Both the position numbers and the translations under genes were made by a program. A DNA stretch of 64,000 nucleotides from Eledone cirrhosa. Lineage: Eukaryota. The notes beneath the pieces were generated by a model, which saw only the letters and a list, made by a program, of their open reading frames with translations, had not been told where the DNA came from and searched no databases. Shown piece after piece: positions 25,727 through 38,260 of the stretch (positions are counted from its first letter, which is position 1; each line of letters begins with the position of its first letter). The stretch lies in the NCBI GenBank assembly GCA_964016885.1, contig OZ024741.1, positions 381,672,001 to 381,736,000 of the forward strand, in the 5' to 3' direction.

Positions 25727-25740
<14 letters not shown>
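24578..25740 (-). mobile_element. Non-autonomous Helitron
   Basis: The minus-strand 3' end CCCGTGCAACGTCGGG hairpin followed by CTAG|T resembles the end of the RepHel Helitron at 56960. The 5' end TATATATAAAACAAAGGATGTCTCTCTGTCTG lies in (TA)n. Confidence 0.7.
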
Positions 25741-25768
<28 letters not shown>

Positions 25769-25867
25769 GTCCAACTCTTGCTAGCAGGGAAAGTCGACAT
25801 TTAAAACAACAACATGCAACATTTTATATAGAATTTACTCTATTTCCATGCCAGTATGGATTGAAGA

Positions 25868-25916
25868 GTGTCACTGATGAAATATTAACAAATCTTGAAA
25901 CAACACTGCCTGGCAT
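25868..25916 (+). ncRNA. Degenerate type-I hammerhead ribozyme motif
   Basis: GUGUCA-CUGAUGA-AAUAUU(AACA)AAUCUU-GAAA-CAACACUG-CC-UGGCAU. Stem I is 6 bp; the cleavage triplet reads GCC instead of GUC. Confidence 0.55.
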
Positions 25917-26746
25917 CCCTGAGTGGACTGGCAACTCTGTTATATATTATTAGAGGAAAATAGAGACAAATAAATTGCTTTGTTACGAAAAAATAATATT
26001 CTTTGATAGCAAGTCTACTAAAATGAACATGTTTTCATTTGCACCCCTATAATGCTTAAAAACGTAAGATATAAATCTGATTTAATTTTATTGCTCTCTC
26101 TCCCTCTCTTTTTCGTGCTCCATCTCTCCTCTCTCTCTCTTACTTGCTGACTCTCTCTCCCACTTTTACTCAATGAATTCCTATACAAGGTTCTCTTATT
26201 CGATTGTTTACTTTCAACTATTCCCAGTATGTTAGTGGCCAGAAGTAAATAAAAGTTTGAGAAACTTGTTGAAACTAGAAAACGAATAAAATGGTAAAAA
26301 TGCATTACATAATGGAGTTGTGAAACAAAAACTATATTTTAAACGACACTTAAGACATTTTAAACATCAAAATATTAAAACTTCATAAATATATTTAATA
26401 CGCATGAGTATTTCAAAACCACACCATCTAAACATAATGTGTTGATTAGCTACCTCAGCTTATAAACGGCTTTGCGATTTTTGCCCATTTCTCAGTCATA
26501 AAATAGGAGTTTAGATTATATTTAGATCAGTTGATATTTGAGTATATGTCTCTGTTCTGTCTAATTTAAGGAAAAGAGAAAAAAATAGAGAGGATAACAA
26601 AATATTATCAAATTCTGGATATCACTATATATGATTACCACATTGCTCTAGATTCAGCAACCCTAGAAAAAAGAAAAAAGATGTACCATTATATAAATGA
26701 CTTTCTGTTTCTATTTCAAATGACATAAACTCATTAAGCTCGAAAT

Positions 26747-27360
<614 letters not shown>

Positions 27361-27844
27361 TATTGGGTTGAAATACTAAAAATTGGATTAAGAAGTGTAA
27401 AAATGTATTAATAAAATAAAATAAAATAAAAATAAATTAAATTAAAATAAGTATAAAAAGACTTTAATAAAATAAAATAAAATTAAAGAATAAAAATAGT
27501 CTATCCATGTCAAAATAAAATATTTCTATTAAAAATCTATATATGTGGGGTATACTATTTAATTTTTATTATATATCAACAAGTAAGTAAAGGAAATTGC
27601 TAGAATGATTTATAAACGTAGAAAAACATATGACATCATAATTTGTTTACAAAATCGACGAAGGTTTGAACGAAAATCTAAGGCTACGAAAAAAGGTCAA
27701 AGGCTTAATATATGCTGAGAAACTGAATTAGTACATTGTAGAATATATTGAAATATGTGTAAAAAAAATTATTCGTGGAATATGTTATATGACATTAGCT
27801 ATATACTTTGTGAAAGTATATATATATATATATACTCACCTCCT

Positions 27845-27898
<54 letters not shown>

Positions 27899-27903
27899 AT
27901 GTC

Positions 27904-27965
<62 letters not shown>

Positions 27966-27969
27966 TATA

Positions 27970-28003
<34 letters not shown>

Positions 28004-28291
28004 CTATAAAGTATGTCCATAGAATCATTTGATAATATATATACACCATTTCCTCTCCCAATTCGCATAATTAACCACAAAAAATAAATTAGACCAGGCT
28101 ATAAGATTAAAAGGCACCTATGAAGAAATAGTAGATAAATAAACGACAGCAATCACTTCACGGCCAACCGCCATAGAATATTTACCCAACAGTTCAACAG
28201 CACGTGGAAATCGATTAAATATACCGTCAACCATACACAATTAGGTATAAAATTAAAGTTAGAAGAAATGCTTATACACATACCAGGATTA

Positions 28292-28373
28292 TATCCCTAC
28301 CCTCGGGTTTCGGTCGCATTTTGATATATCCTCTTAAGGATAACATCTCGAGCTTCGAACTCATCAGGAGACA
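28292..28373 (-). ncRNA. Type-I hammerhead ribozyme with extended stem II
   Basis: UGUCUC-CUGAUGA-GUUCG...CGACC-GAA-ACCC(GA)GGGU-A-GGGAUA; predicted cleavage after GUA, between 28298 and 28297. Confidence 0.8.
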
Positions 28374-29000
28374 AACTCGTTAGGACAGATTATTTTCTAA
28401 AGTGGTCACCGCCAGACACGAATTCAAAATGGCTAAGAATTGTGAGTGGAAGTGGTCAAGTCAGAAAGAATGTGATTGGTTGCTTACGGCGAATGGATTG
28501 GTTGCTAGAAAGCGCAGCCCAATATTGCCCAAATTGCATCTTAACCTTATGGGAGATTATTAACTATAAAGATTTACATATACACAAACTAGATAAAGTC
28601 ACAGATATATATGTGTTTTGGCAACCACTCACGATGTGGCTCAATGAAGTATTAAATTTAAATAATCAGAGCAATATACTATAAAGTATGTCCATAGAAT
28701 CATTTGATAATATATATACACAATTTCCTCTCCCAATTAGCATAAAATCAATTAGAAAAAAAATCACTTAGACCTAGCTATAAGATTAAAAAATCAATTA
28801 GACCTGGCTATAAGCTTAAAAGGTACCTATGAAAAAATAGTACATACATAAACGACAGCAATCTCTTCGCGGCCAACCGCCATAGAATATTACCCAACAT
28901 TTCAACAGCACGTGGAAATCGATTATATTATACCGTCAACCATACACAATTTGGTATAAAATTAAAGTTAGAAGAAATGCTTATACTCATACCAGGATTA

Positions 29001-29082
29001 TGTCCCTAACCTCAGGTTTCGATGGCATTTTGATATATCCTATTAAGGATAAAATCTCGAGCTTCGAACTCACCAGGAGACA
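29001..29082 (-). ncRNA. Hammerhead motif, mutated copy
   Basis: UGUCUC-CUGGUGA-...-GAAA-CCUGAGG-UUA-GGGACA; paralog of 28292-28373 with a core substitution. Confidence 0.65.
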
Positions 29083-29199
29083 AACTCGTTAGGACAGATT
29101 ATTTTCTAAAGTGGTCCCCCGTCAGACACGAATTAAAAATGGCTAAGAATTGTGACATGCCAGTGTTCAAGTCAGAAATAATATATATATATTCACGTC

Positions 29200-29234
<35 letters not shown>

Positions 29235-29252
29235 GATATATATATACATACA

Positions 29253-29343
<91 letters not shown>

Positions 29344-29467
29344 GACATGAGTATATATATATATATATTAAAATAACTGATTACAGTTTAAGCAAATAAT
29401 CACTGCTTTCACCGTTAAGCAGCGATTCTTTGCTTAAACTTTAATCTGTTATTTTAATAAATATTAT

Positions 29468-29788
29468 AGCATCTACTTATTCGGATAAGAATCGAAATAT
29501 CTAATCGTCTGCAAGTGGTGGAAATTTGTTAACGTCTTCGCATTCCATAAAAGGGAAATAACTCGTCTCTCATCTCTATTTATACATTTGAACTGAAAAA
29601 TCAATACATTACAAATTCGATTTTTGCACTTGGCGTGGGTCGAATTGAAATTTTTTTGACCGATGTCTCCGCCGGACTTTCATCTATAAGTGTAGCTATT
29701 TCAACGAAATTTGAATGTACGATTTAAGAGGAGATGTGTGCCGACCGTTTTATTAGACAGACAGACAACCTCAGTTTTATATATATAG
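29468..29788 (-). mobile_element. Possible short non-autonomous Helitron-like repeat
   Basis: Minus strand starts TCTATATATATAAAACTGAGGTTGTCTGTCTGTC, like the other Helitron 5' ends here; no clear 3' hairpin. Confidence 0.4.
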
Positions 29789-30238
29789 AGTAGTAGTTGT
29801 GATGTTGCTATTTCACTCACCTTTTCTCTTTAATTTTGGTTGGAGTTCGTTAATGTTCGTCACCTCTGTAATTTATCTGAGCAAGATGGTTTAGGAAGAA
29901 ACAAAGACACAAAATAAAAGCCCAGTCACTGATGAGGTCACAGATTGTGTGAGGAAAGATTTTTGATATAAAACAACTATCCGTGTATCAAACTAACAAA
30001 CGAAAAGTCTATAATAGATTGAAGGAAAAATCGACAGGTACGTGAGTTTTTACTGGCAGCATGACCCTCCCAAAATATAACGATATCTATTTCAACACAT
30101 GTTTTCCGATAAGAAATCCAAAACCAAGTATATATATATATATATGGGGGGGGGGGGGGTATATGTGTGTGTATCTGTGCGTGTGTGTGTCTGAGAGAGA
30201 AAGAGAGAGAGAGAGATGTTTGTATGCATGCGTATATA

Positions 30239-30495
30239 CGAGGTGGGTCAGAAAAGTTCCAGGACTGATGTCACAAAAGATTTATTTCAAACCCAAATTC
30301 ACACTAAGAGTTTTCTCCCTGAAATAATCCCCCTGGAATCTAATGCAACTTTTCCATCCTTTTCTTCCAGGCTTCCATGCACTGCTGGAAATATTCCAGG
30401 GGGATTACTTTGTGGGAGAAAACTCTTAGTTTGAAATTTGGGTTTGAAATAAATCTTTCATAACATCAGTCCTGGAACTTTTCTGACACACCTCG
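30239..30495. mobile_element. Tc1/mariner-derived MITE (257 bp)
   Basis: ~80-bp terminal inverted repeats CGAGGTGGGTCAGAAAAGTTCCAGGACTGATG / CATCAGTCCTGGAACTTTTCTGACACACCTCG, with a TA target duplication on both sides. Confidence 0.9.
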
Positions 30496-30826
30496 TATAT
30501 TACCGAGTATCTATATAGCGGTTGCCACTTTAATTAGAAGGACACGAAACTTTATACGACGTCGAAAATATACTATATATCATATTAAAATTAATATGAT
30601 TCATTAAAGAAAGGTTGTATTCGCAACATATGTCTAAGTATATGTTCAAGTATGAAGCCTAAAGTCTTTACGCTTGAACAAATGATTAGACAATCCAAGA
30701 AATTATACATTAATCTATCTAACTACACAACGGATATATTTACACCCACACAAATAAACTTACACGCAAAGACACATACATACACAAACACAAACACAAA
30801 CACACACTCACACCCACACCCACACC

Positions 30827-30864
<38 letters not shown>

Positions 30865-31304
30865 GAAGGTGAGTAATATTGTAGAACAGTAAAACTATGC
30901 ATATATCAGATAAGTAGCACTCAACAGTTGGTAGAACTGGAGTATATATAATAAAGAAGAAATTAAAAGATGGTTAAAAACTTTTTAATCCAATTTTTTG
31001 TATATTTAGACCTCTAATACTTGAATACCGTCTATAATATTCGCACATACACCTCATCAATTTACTTTTTAACCTTTATTTACAGCTGTTTTCATTTTGT
31101 CAGCGTTCCTGATCAAAAGTTTCTGTCTCTTTTTCTCTCTCTTTATCTCTCTCTCTCTCTCTTCCTTTTCTTCTTTTTTTCCTTTCTTCTCTTTCTTTTT
31201 CATTTTTCGCCTCTTCTTTCCTTTTCTTCTATTTTCCTATATATTTCTTACTATAGTATTAACACTTATATTTCTGTCATATATAGGCTTAGCACTTTCC
31301 TAAC

Positions 31305-31395
31305 TTTGGCGGGATTCGAACTTAGAACGTTAAGGGACGTAACTCTAGGCTACAAAAGCAGGGTATCTGACGCTCTCCCGATTCTGCCAATCGAC
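31305..31395 (-). mobile_element. SINE 5' half
   Basis: Reverse complement GGTCGATTGGCAGAATCGGGAGAGCGTCAGA...AGTTCGAATCCCGCC matches the SINE head. Confidence 0.7.
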
Positions 31396-31865
31396 CAAAA
31401 TTAATAATATAAAATTATAGTCTAGAATTGTGTATGTATCACTTTTAGCCCTATTGGAATGTTAGGTAATATTACAAATATAAATACAGGTCTTATAGAA
31501 AAATAAAAAAAACATATACATGCTAATCTATATTAAGAATAGCACTTGTAATATACTCCTCAAAGTTATTGTTGACATATAGGAAGGAAATACAGATAAA
31601 GTAAAAATGATGTTAGAGATAGATTGTCATTAAGTAAACATAACATGCATAAATTAAATGCGACGAATAGAAACAAACGGCATAGAAAAAGAAACCTCGG
31701 AAAACAACAAAGCTAAAAACCTGGAGAGCATATATTTGGGTATGAGGAAAGTCCTTGCATTGGACTCTGCTAATGCATATCACACTATATATTTTGTGAG
31801 ATTACGCTGAAGATTCTATTTCTATTTCAACACTAATCTTTACCAGGCCGGTTCCAAATATACTT

Positions 31866-31929
<64 letters not shown>

Positions 31930-32496
31930 TGAATTAAAAAATAGAGCAAGAAACCAGGACTATCCGTAATCAGTGATCTTCTGACTATCATCGATATTTC
32001 TTCGCATTAAAGACCAGATACCTCAAGACAGTGCGAGCAATAACTAAATAAGTTGTTGGGATAAAAATAATTGGGTGGAGAGACATGTAAACAAACAGAA
32101 ATGTAAGGCAACGTAGAGAGAGGAAGATGTGAAAACATGTCAGTGATATATTGTGAGGTTAAGTTCTAGCAAATCAATGACGAGAAGAGAAGACGCGTCC
32201 AAACCTAGCGAAATGTGAGCGAGAAAAGGCTTTCACACAGGTCAGACGGGAGGAAGTGAGAGAGGGGGGAGTAGCAGAGAGTGAGTGAGTGAAAGTGTGA
32301 GGAAGAGGCCAGCCGAGAGAGGGTTACCAGCAGAGGGGGTGAATGAAAGTAAGAGATACAAGGAGAGAGAAGGCGGAGAGAGAAACAGGATACAGTAAGG
32401 TGGTATAAACAGACAGGTCACAGCGGAGGGAAAAAATATATATGAATGAAAAATGGCGTGCCTTTACACCATTACACCAACACATCACCCGCGGGT

Positions 32497-32567
32497 GATG
32501 TGTTGGTTTAATGGTAGCACAGTGGTTTAGATAACCAAAGATATGGGTTCGACTCCCGTGTACGTCA
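32497..32567 (+). ncRNA. tRNA-like cloverleaf within a repeat (tRNA pseudogene), followed by TTTTT
   Basis: GATGTGT/GTACGTC-A acceptor stem, D arm, TGGT(TTAGATA)ACCA, ATGGG(TTCGACT)CCCGT; T5 run about 10 nt downstream. Confidence 0.7.
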
Positions 32568-33560
32568 ATACTAATCTTTTTCCATTTTTCCGAGGGTTCT
32601 TAATATATATATATATATATATTATTCTCATATATATATATAACCCAACCAGGAGATGGGCCTATCAGAGTATTGACAAAGTTAAACACCTCAACAACAT
32701 GTGTACTCGTCTCTACCACACTAATTCGGAGTGCCTGCAGAGGTCACAGCCAAAGATGGCTGTCACCGAAATATATATAGCAGTGATAAACGAAGCGAAA
32801 TTTTAAATATTTGACATATTTATTTTAAATTTATTTTATATATACATATATACATGTATATGTTTTAATGTATGTGTAGGTATTTGTGTATATATGTATA
32901 TATGGGGGGGGGGGGGCATATGTGTATATGTATGTGTATATACGTGTATATGTGCGTGTATGTGTGTGTACATGCCCGCACATATACATTTGTGCGAGTG
33001 TGTGCGCGCGCGCGTAGGTGTGTGTGTGTGTGTCTGTGTGTGAGCATGTATATGTGGGAAGTAGGAAGTGTGAGAATGGTAAAGTAGTAATAACTGGCAA
33101 ACAGCTATAGGTGGTGACAGGTGACGCATGAAATAATACGGCATTTTGACCAGCCAATGTACAAACGCCAGTGGACAGAAGGATGATGGTGATGGGACTA
33201 TTGAACCAATGAAAAGGCCGAAATGACAGGATGCTAATATGTACTACAGATAAATAACAGGTGAGATGTTTGACCACACAACATATATCTGAACATCATT
33301 TGAATGCAGAGTCGGGCTCGATCTGTAACAGATCTTGCCTCGAGCTGATCGACGGTGAAACATATGTAATATGTTAATACATGTGATATGATGTAACACT
33401 GATTCTTCGTTCTTTATAATAATATATATATATATATATATATACGTATGTGTGTGGGGGGCGCGTGTGTGTGTCTATTTAAAAGGAAAACCGAAATAAC
33501 AACACAATCGGTATATGGAAGGAATATATTAGGTTAACGCTTGAAATAGCAGGAAGAGGG

Positions 33561-33595
33561 TCTTAACGTTTCTGAGCTAGTCCTTCATCAGGAGA
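33561..33595 (-). ncRNA. Minimal hammerhead motif (imperfect stems)
   Basis: UCUC-CUGAUGA-AGGACUAGCUCA-GAA-ACGU-U-AAGA; intact core boxes and a palindromic ACGU stem III. Confidence 0.55.
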
Positions 33596-33813
33596 AATAA
33601 TGAAAAATTAGATAGATTGAAGGGACGGGCGAGGTGGAATTGGAAGAAAAATGTCTTTAGATAAAAATAACAGGTCCATTCATGTTGCCTTAAATTTGTT
33701 GGATATTCAAATTGGATTTTCACTCTGAAACTGGATATAGACTCGGAGTTTTCCTGACTTTCCACCAGGAAATCTTTGCGTATCACTGACATTTGTTTAG
33801 CTTCTTGCATTAT

Positions 33814-33958
33814 TTGGCAGTATCGGTAGAGCATCGGACCCCATGCTTTTTGGCACAGAGTCACGGCTCCTTACGGTCTGAGTCCAAATCCTGCCGTGGA
33901 TAACCAGTAATGTAATGGGATAATTGCTGGTCTTGTGCCAAATAGTAGAAACGATTAT
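33814..33958 (+). mobile_element. SINE with core deleted
   Basis: TTGGCAGTATCGGTAGAGCATCGGA head joined to the ACCAGTAATG..TTGTGCCAAATAGTAGAAAC tail. Confidence 0.8.
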
Positions 33959-34464
33959 ATATATATATATATATACATTTGTGTGTGTGTTTATGTTTGT
34001 GTATATGTGTGTATATGTATATATAAACATACATATACACACAGACATTTTTATGTGTGTATGTGTCTGTACATTGATACATCCATACATATATAACATG
34101 ATAAACATTAGAAAGGTGCGTTTCGTGAAGTTATTTGGAAATACATTCAGTATGGATACCTTACATTTCAGGAAGTCAGCTTCAACACCTTATGAATGAA
34201 AATTCCTAAATAATATATTTTAAACTTATTTTCTGAATTGTCTGATATTATTGATTTTACCTTCCTTTCATCTAATCATTTACACACTTCAGTTCCGTTG
34301 TATTCCTTTAGGAAAGAATATATAATTAGATAATTCCACACATACACCTACGCACATACATACACACGCATATGCACACACACACATATATATGAATGTA
34401 TGTATATATATATATATGTATGTACATGTATATGTATGTACACTCACGCACTAACACACACACC

Positions 34465-34548
<84 letters not shown>

Positions 34549-36457
34549 CATACATATATATATATATATATCCGAGTTTCCCTATTGTTTTCACTTCATC
34601 GCCCACTTTTAAATGGAGAAAAAAACATTCATTTCCAACGCCCACCTGTATAGTAACAATTTAAGGGCATATATTCAGAGCCACTTAACTTTGTTGAGAT
34701 GACACCGACTATATTTAGGCGCTAGCATCTCACCTCCTCTGGGAGGCTTAATTAAGTGCAAGAATTGCAGGAGCTGGTGCACTAATGCGCCAACTTCCGC
34801 ATTCAGTAATAAAAAAAAAAGTGAGGTAGGCGTAAAACTAATCTCGCTATCTTCAATTCGGTATTCGTGCCAACCCTTACATATGGTCACGAATCTTGTG
34901 TAATGACTGGAAGAATACGAAAGCGAATAGAAGTGGCATAAATGGGTTTCTCCGAAGGGTCTTTAGAGTAACGTTACTCGATAGTGTGCGTAGCTCGAAG
35001 ATGAGAGCGTCAGCCCAGGTAGAGCCGCTAATTCTCCGAATTGACAGATCACAGCTACAATACTATTGACATGTATTGAGAATGTCTCAGGAAATAATCG
35101 TTGAACAGATTTTACGAGCAAATACAACCAGCAGCATAGCCAGTGGTAGAGCCCGAGCAAGATAATTGGATAACATCCATGGGCTTGGCTTGTCTCCTCC
35201 CTTGGGGATCCAGCCGGATCAGTTGGAGATGTTTTTTTTCTGACAGGCCCGATGGAAGGAGTGTTTGAATGTTCGATCCACATGACCGTCTGGGTAATAA
35301 GTGCGTGAAGAAGTAATCTTAAATCTGCCGTCGACAAATGTTGTTTGTGAGTCACACAGTGAACTGTTAAAGCAAGATGCGAATTTTGAAGTTTTAAGAT
35401 GGTATCCGCCTACCATCATTGGCGCTGCATCACAGGCGCAAGTAGCAATAGTGTTTAATGAGAGTTAATGTTCATTAGAAATAGCTTTAATACATCTAAA
35501 ATAGATGTACCATTTGAATCAATCAACAGCATCTCACAAATGCATATATATTTCATAAAAAGAAAAGAATATACACCATCATTTACATCTTTTAGTTGCC
35601 AACTTTTATTGAACATTCATAACTCCGCAGACTATACAAAAGGTGACGTCGGTGGCCATTTCATATAGTCGTTTTGACATTGTCTTGTTATTAAGTGGAA
35701 TTGTCTTGATATTTGTGTCATGAATGTTATGTATAATATTACAACCGAGAGAACTACATCAATAACAAATCGAAGTAATTTCTATCCTATAATGTGTGAC
35801 TGACCGGCCTTTGTGACCAGTAATGCAATGTTGTACACTAAAATCATCCCGTTATCATGATGCGTTGTTTACCTCTGAAATTCCGAGATCAATGATATTC
35901 TTTTTCGAATGAGGTCTTAAGTTGTAGGAAATATGATACAGATTTTCCTTGTGCTCTGTAAGCTTAGAATATAAAAGGTATATTAACAGCGAAGGCTTCG
36001 TGGCTTGGTTGCTAAATTTGGATACACATAAGACACATAGATAATTGACCACTATACGGAAAATCGATAAACCAATGCTGAATTGACGGAACATTTTATC
36101 AAACGGAAGCATTCCTGCGTTTAAAAATCGTGCAGTGCACTAAGAACATGGTAGGAGCCATAGACAACAAAAATTCTCGTTCAACTAGTTATGTTGTTAC
36201 TCAAAGACCCTTTTCAATAATCCACAACTACGTTGTAAATACTCGGCTATCATTACAATTGAACAACTTAAACTGGTTGTTTGTGTATATATGATAGAGC
36301 TATTGTGCTATGAACATGTCCTATCTTAGGGTTCCCATATTTTGTCAGGCAAGATTCCTTGTGTATGACATGTCTTCATAATTGTTAAACCTCACAGCAT
36401 GTGTCAAATTTATGATATCTCGATGCATGTGGCATTAACAAGTATGTATGTATTTAT

Positions 36458-36503
36458 GATCGTCCTGACGAAGACCAGTTGAGTTGAAAATGCATCGATG
36501 ATT
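36458..36503 (+). ncRNA. Type-I minimal hammerhead motif
   Basis: GAUCGUC-CUGACGA-A-GAC(CAGUUGA)GUU-GAAA-AUGCAU-C-GAUGAUU; 7-bp stem I, palindromic AUGCAU, one extra A. Confidence 0.7.
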
Positions 36504-36830
36504 GTCCCCCTTCTACTACCAGCCACAGCCTGGTGGCGATAGCTAACAGTGTGTTATTCATAGGTATGACTTTCTAAGTGTGTATTTATAAACATACCTC
36601 ATTTCTTTGGAAATACGAATTTCAAATACATATTTGAAACTAATGTCTAATTCTCTCTATCTATCTATCTACCTATCTATATATATATATGTGTGTGTGT
36701 AATTATGTTTTGAAACAGTGAGCGAGTTTGAAATTAGAAATATAAGCTTTCACCGTATTTTTTACTAAAGAAATGTGTTAGCCTGATAGTGGGGTTTAGA
36801 ACCCTCAGAGAAATGGGAAAAGATGAGTAT

Positions 36831-36901
36831 CAACGTACATGGAAGTCGAACCCACATCTTTGGTTATCCAGACCACTTTGATACCATTACAACAACACAT
36901 C
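36831..36901 (-). ncRNA. tRNA-like cloverleaf (pseudogene; anticodon position GGA)
   Basis: Reverse complement of the 37142-37212 motif, with GGTTCGACT B box. Confidence 0.6.
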
Positions 36902-37141
36902 ACCCATCTCCTTCAATTTAAATTAGAAGCTACAATCTTAGCAAGTAAATGACAAGTAAATATGTTTTGAAACATTTCTCTGATGGTTCTAAACCCCACT
37001 ATCAGGCTAAAAAATGTCTTTAGTCAAAAATACGGTGAAAGCTTTTATTTCTAATTTCAAACTCGCTCACGTTTTCAAAAATAATTACTTGTCTTTTACT
37101 TGCTCAGAATGTAGCTTCTAATTTGAATAGAATGAGAGGGT

Positions 37142-37212
37142 AATGTGTTGGTGTAATGGTAGCACAGTGGTCTGGATAACCAAAGATATGAGTTCGACTC
37201 CCATGTACGTCA
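37142..37212 (+). ncRNA. tRNA-like cloverleaf (tRNA-Gln-like D arm; anticodon position GGA) with Pol III terminator
   Basis: TGGTGTAATGGTAGCAC A box/D arm, TGGT(CTGGATA)ACCA, AGTTCGACTCC B box, TTTTT downstream. Confidence 0.7.
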
Positions 37213-37306
37213 ATACTCATCTTTTTCCATTTCTATGAGGGTTCTAAACCCCACTATCAAGCTAACAAATTTCTTTAGTAAAAAATACGGTGAAAGCTTA
37301 TATTTC

Positions 37307-37341
<35 letters not shown>

Positions 37342-37678
37342 CTAAGTCTGTGTGATCGCTTTCTTACTTGCTTGTCTGCAGTGTAACAGAGCCAAAACGG
37401 CGCATGATAGGAAGATACTTTGAACGGAACTTACCCCTGAAACGGAAATGCAAATGAAATAATACTAGTTTCGCGTAAATCGAAGCACGGTTGTCCGAGA
37501 TATGGGGCTTTCTTCGTACCCTCTTAAACAGAGAGAGAGAGTGAGAAAGTGAGAGAGAGAGAATGATAGAGAGAAAGAGATAGTGGTTGTGAGAGAGTAG
37601 ATTGAAAGAGAGACATAGAGAGAGGGAGAGAAGACAGATAAGAAGAATGGAAGAGAGAGAGCTGGTGATATTGTTACG

Positions 37679-37710
<32 letters not shown>

Positions 37711-37744
37711 AGTGTGTGTGTATATATATATATATGCGAGTGTG

Positions 37745-37780
<36 letters not shown>

Positions 37781-37834
37781 AATGGAATAGAATGAAACGA
37801 AATTTCATTTCTCACTCTTAGCACGGCACTTACT

Positions 37835-38260
37835 TAAATGTAAGTATGTATGTATACGTACATACATATATGTATACAGACGTACAGTAGCATGTATATA
37901 TATACATACAGGCACACATATATATATGCACGTATCAGTTTACCGAACATTTATTATAATGCTCGGTTTGTTCGTTTGTAAACAAACAAACAGCCTGACG
38001 GTGCTGACGATAGCTAATAAGCTTGAAACTAGTACATCGTTCCTGTGTCAGTGTTGAACAAAAAGGTGACGTGGTTGCCTAAATACTGTACGGCGTAATT
38101 CAGGCTGTTTGTTTGTTTACAAACGAACAAACCGAGCATTATAATAAATGTTCGGTAAACTGATACGTGCATATATATATATGTGTGCCTGTATGTATAT
38201 ATATACATGCTACTGTACGTCTGTATACATATATGTATGTACGTATACATACATACTTAC

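Larger units (their letters stand above)
28001..29178 (-). mobile_element. Tandem ~675-bp non-coding unit (1.7 copies), one HHR per unit; retrozyme-like or solo pLTR array
   Basis: Unit starts ATACTATAAAGTATGTCC at 28001 and 28676; HHRs at 28292-28373 and 29001-29082; flanked by (TA)n. Confidence 0.8.
36700..37310. repeat. ~255-bp unit in inverted plus tandem arrangement (about 1.05 units on -, 1.3 units on +), each unit with a tRNA-like gene
   Basis: GGTTCTAAACCCCACTATCA recurs at 36985 and 37240. 36700-36972 is the reverse complement of the unit; inversion junction near 36972. Confidence 0.85.

Noticed and set aside
34570-35460. GC-richer block, possibly a DNA transposon remnant
   Set aside because: No matching terminal repeats or transposase motifs found by eye.
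32497-37212. Functional tRNA-Ser genes
   Set aside because: Mismatched stems, no long variable arm, pyrimidine at position 37 and differing anticodons between copies; reported as tRNA-like repeats instead.
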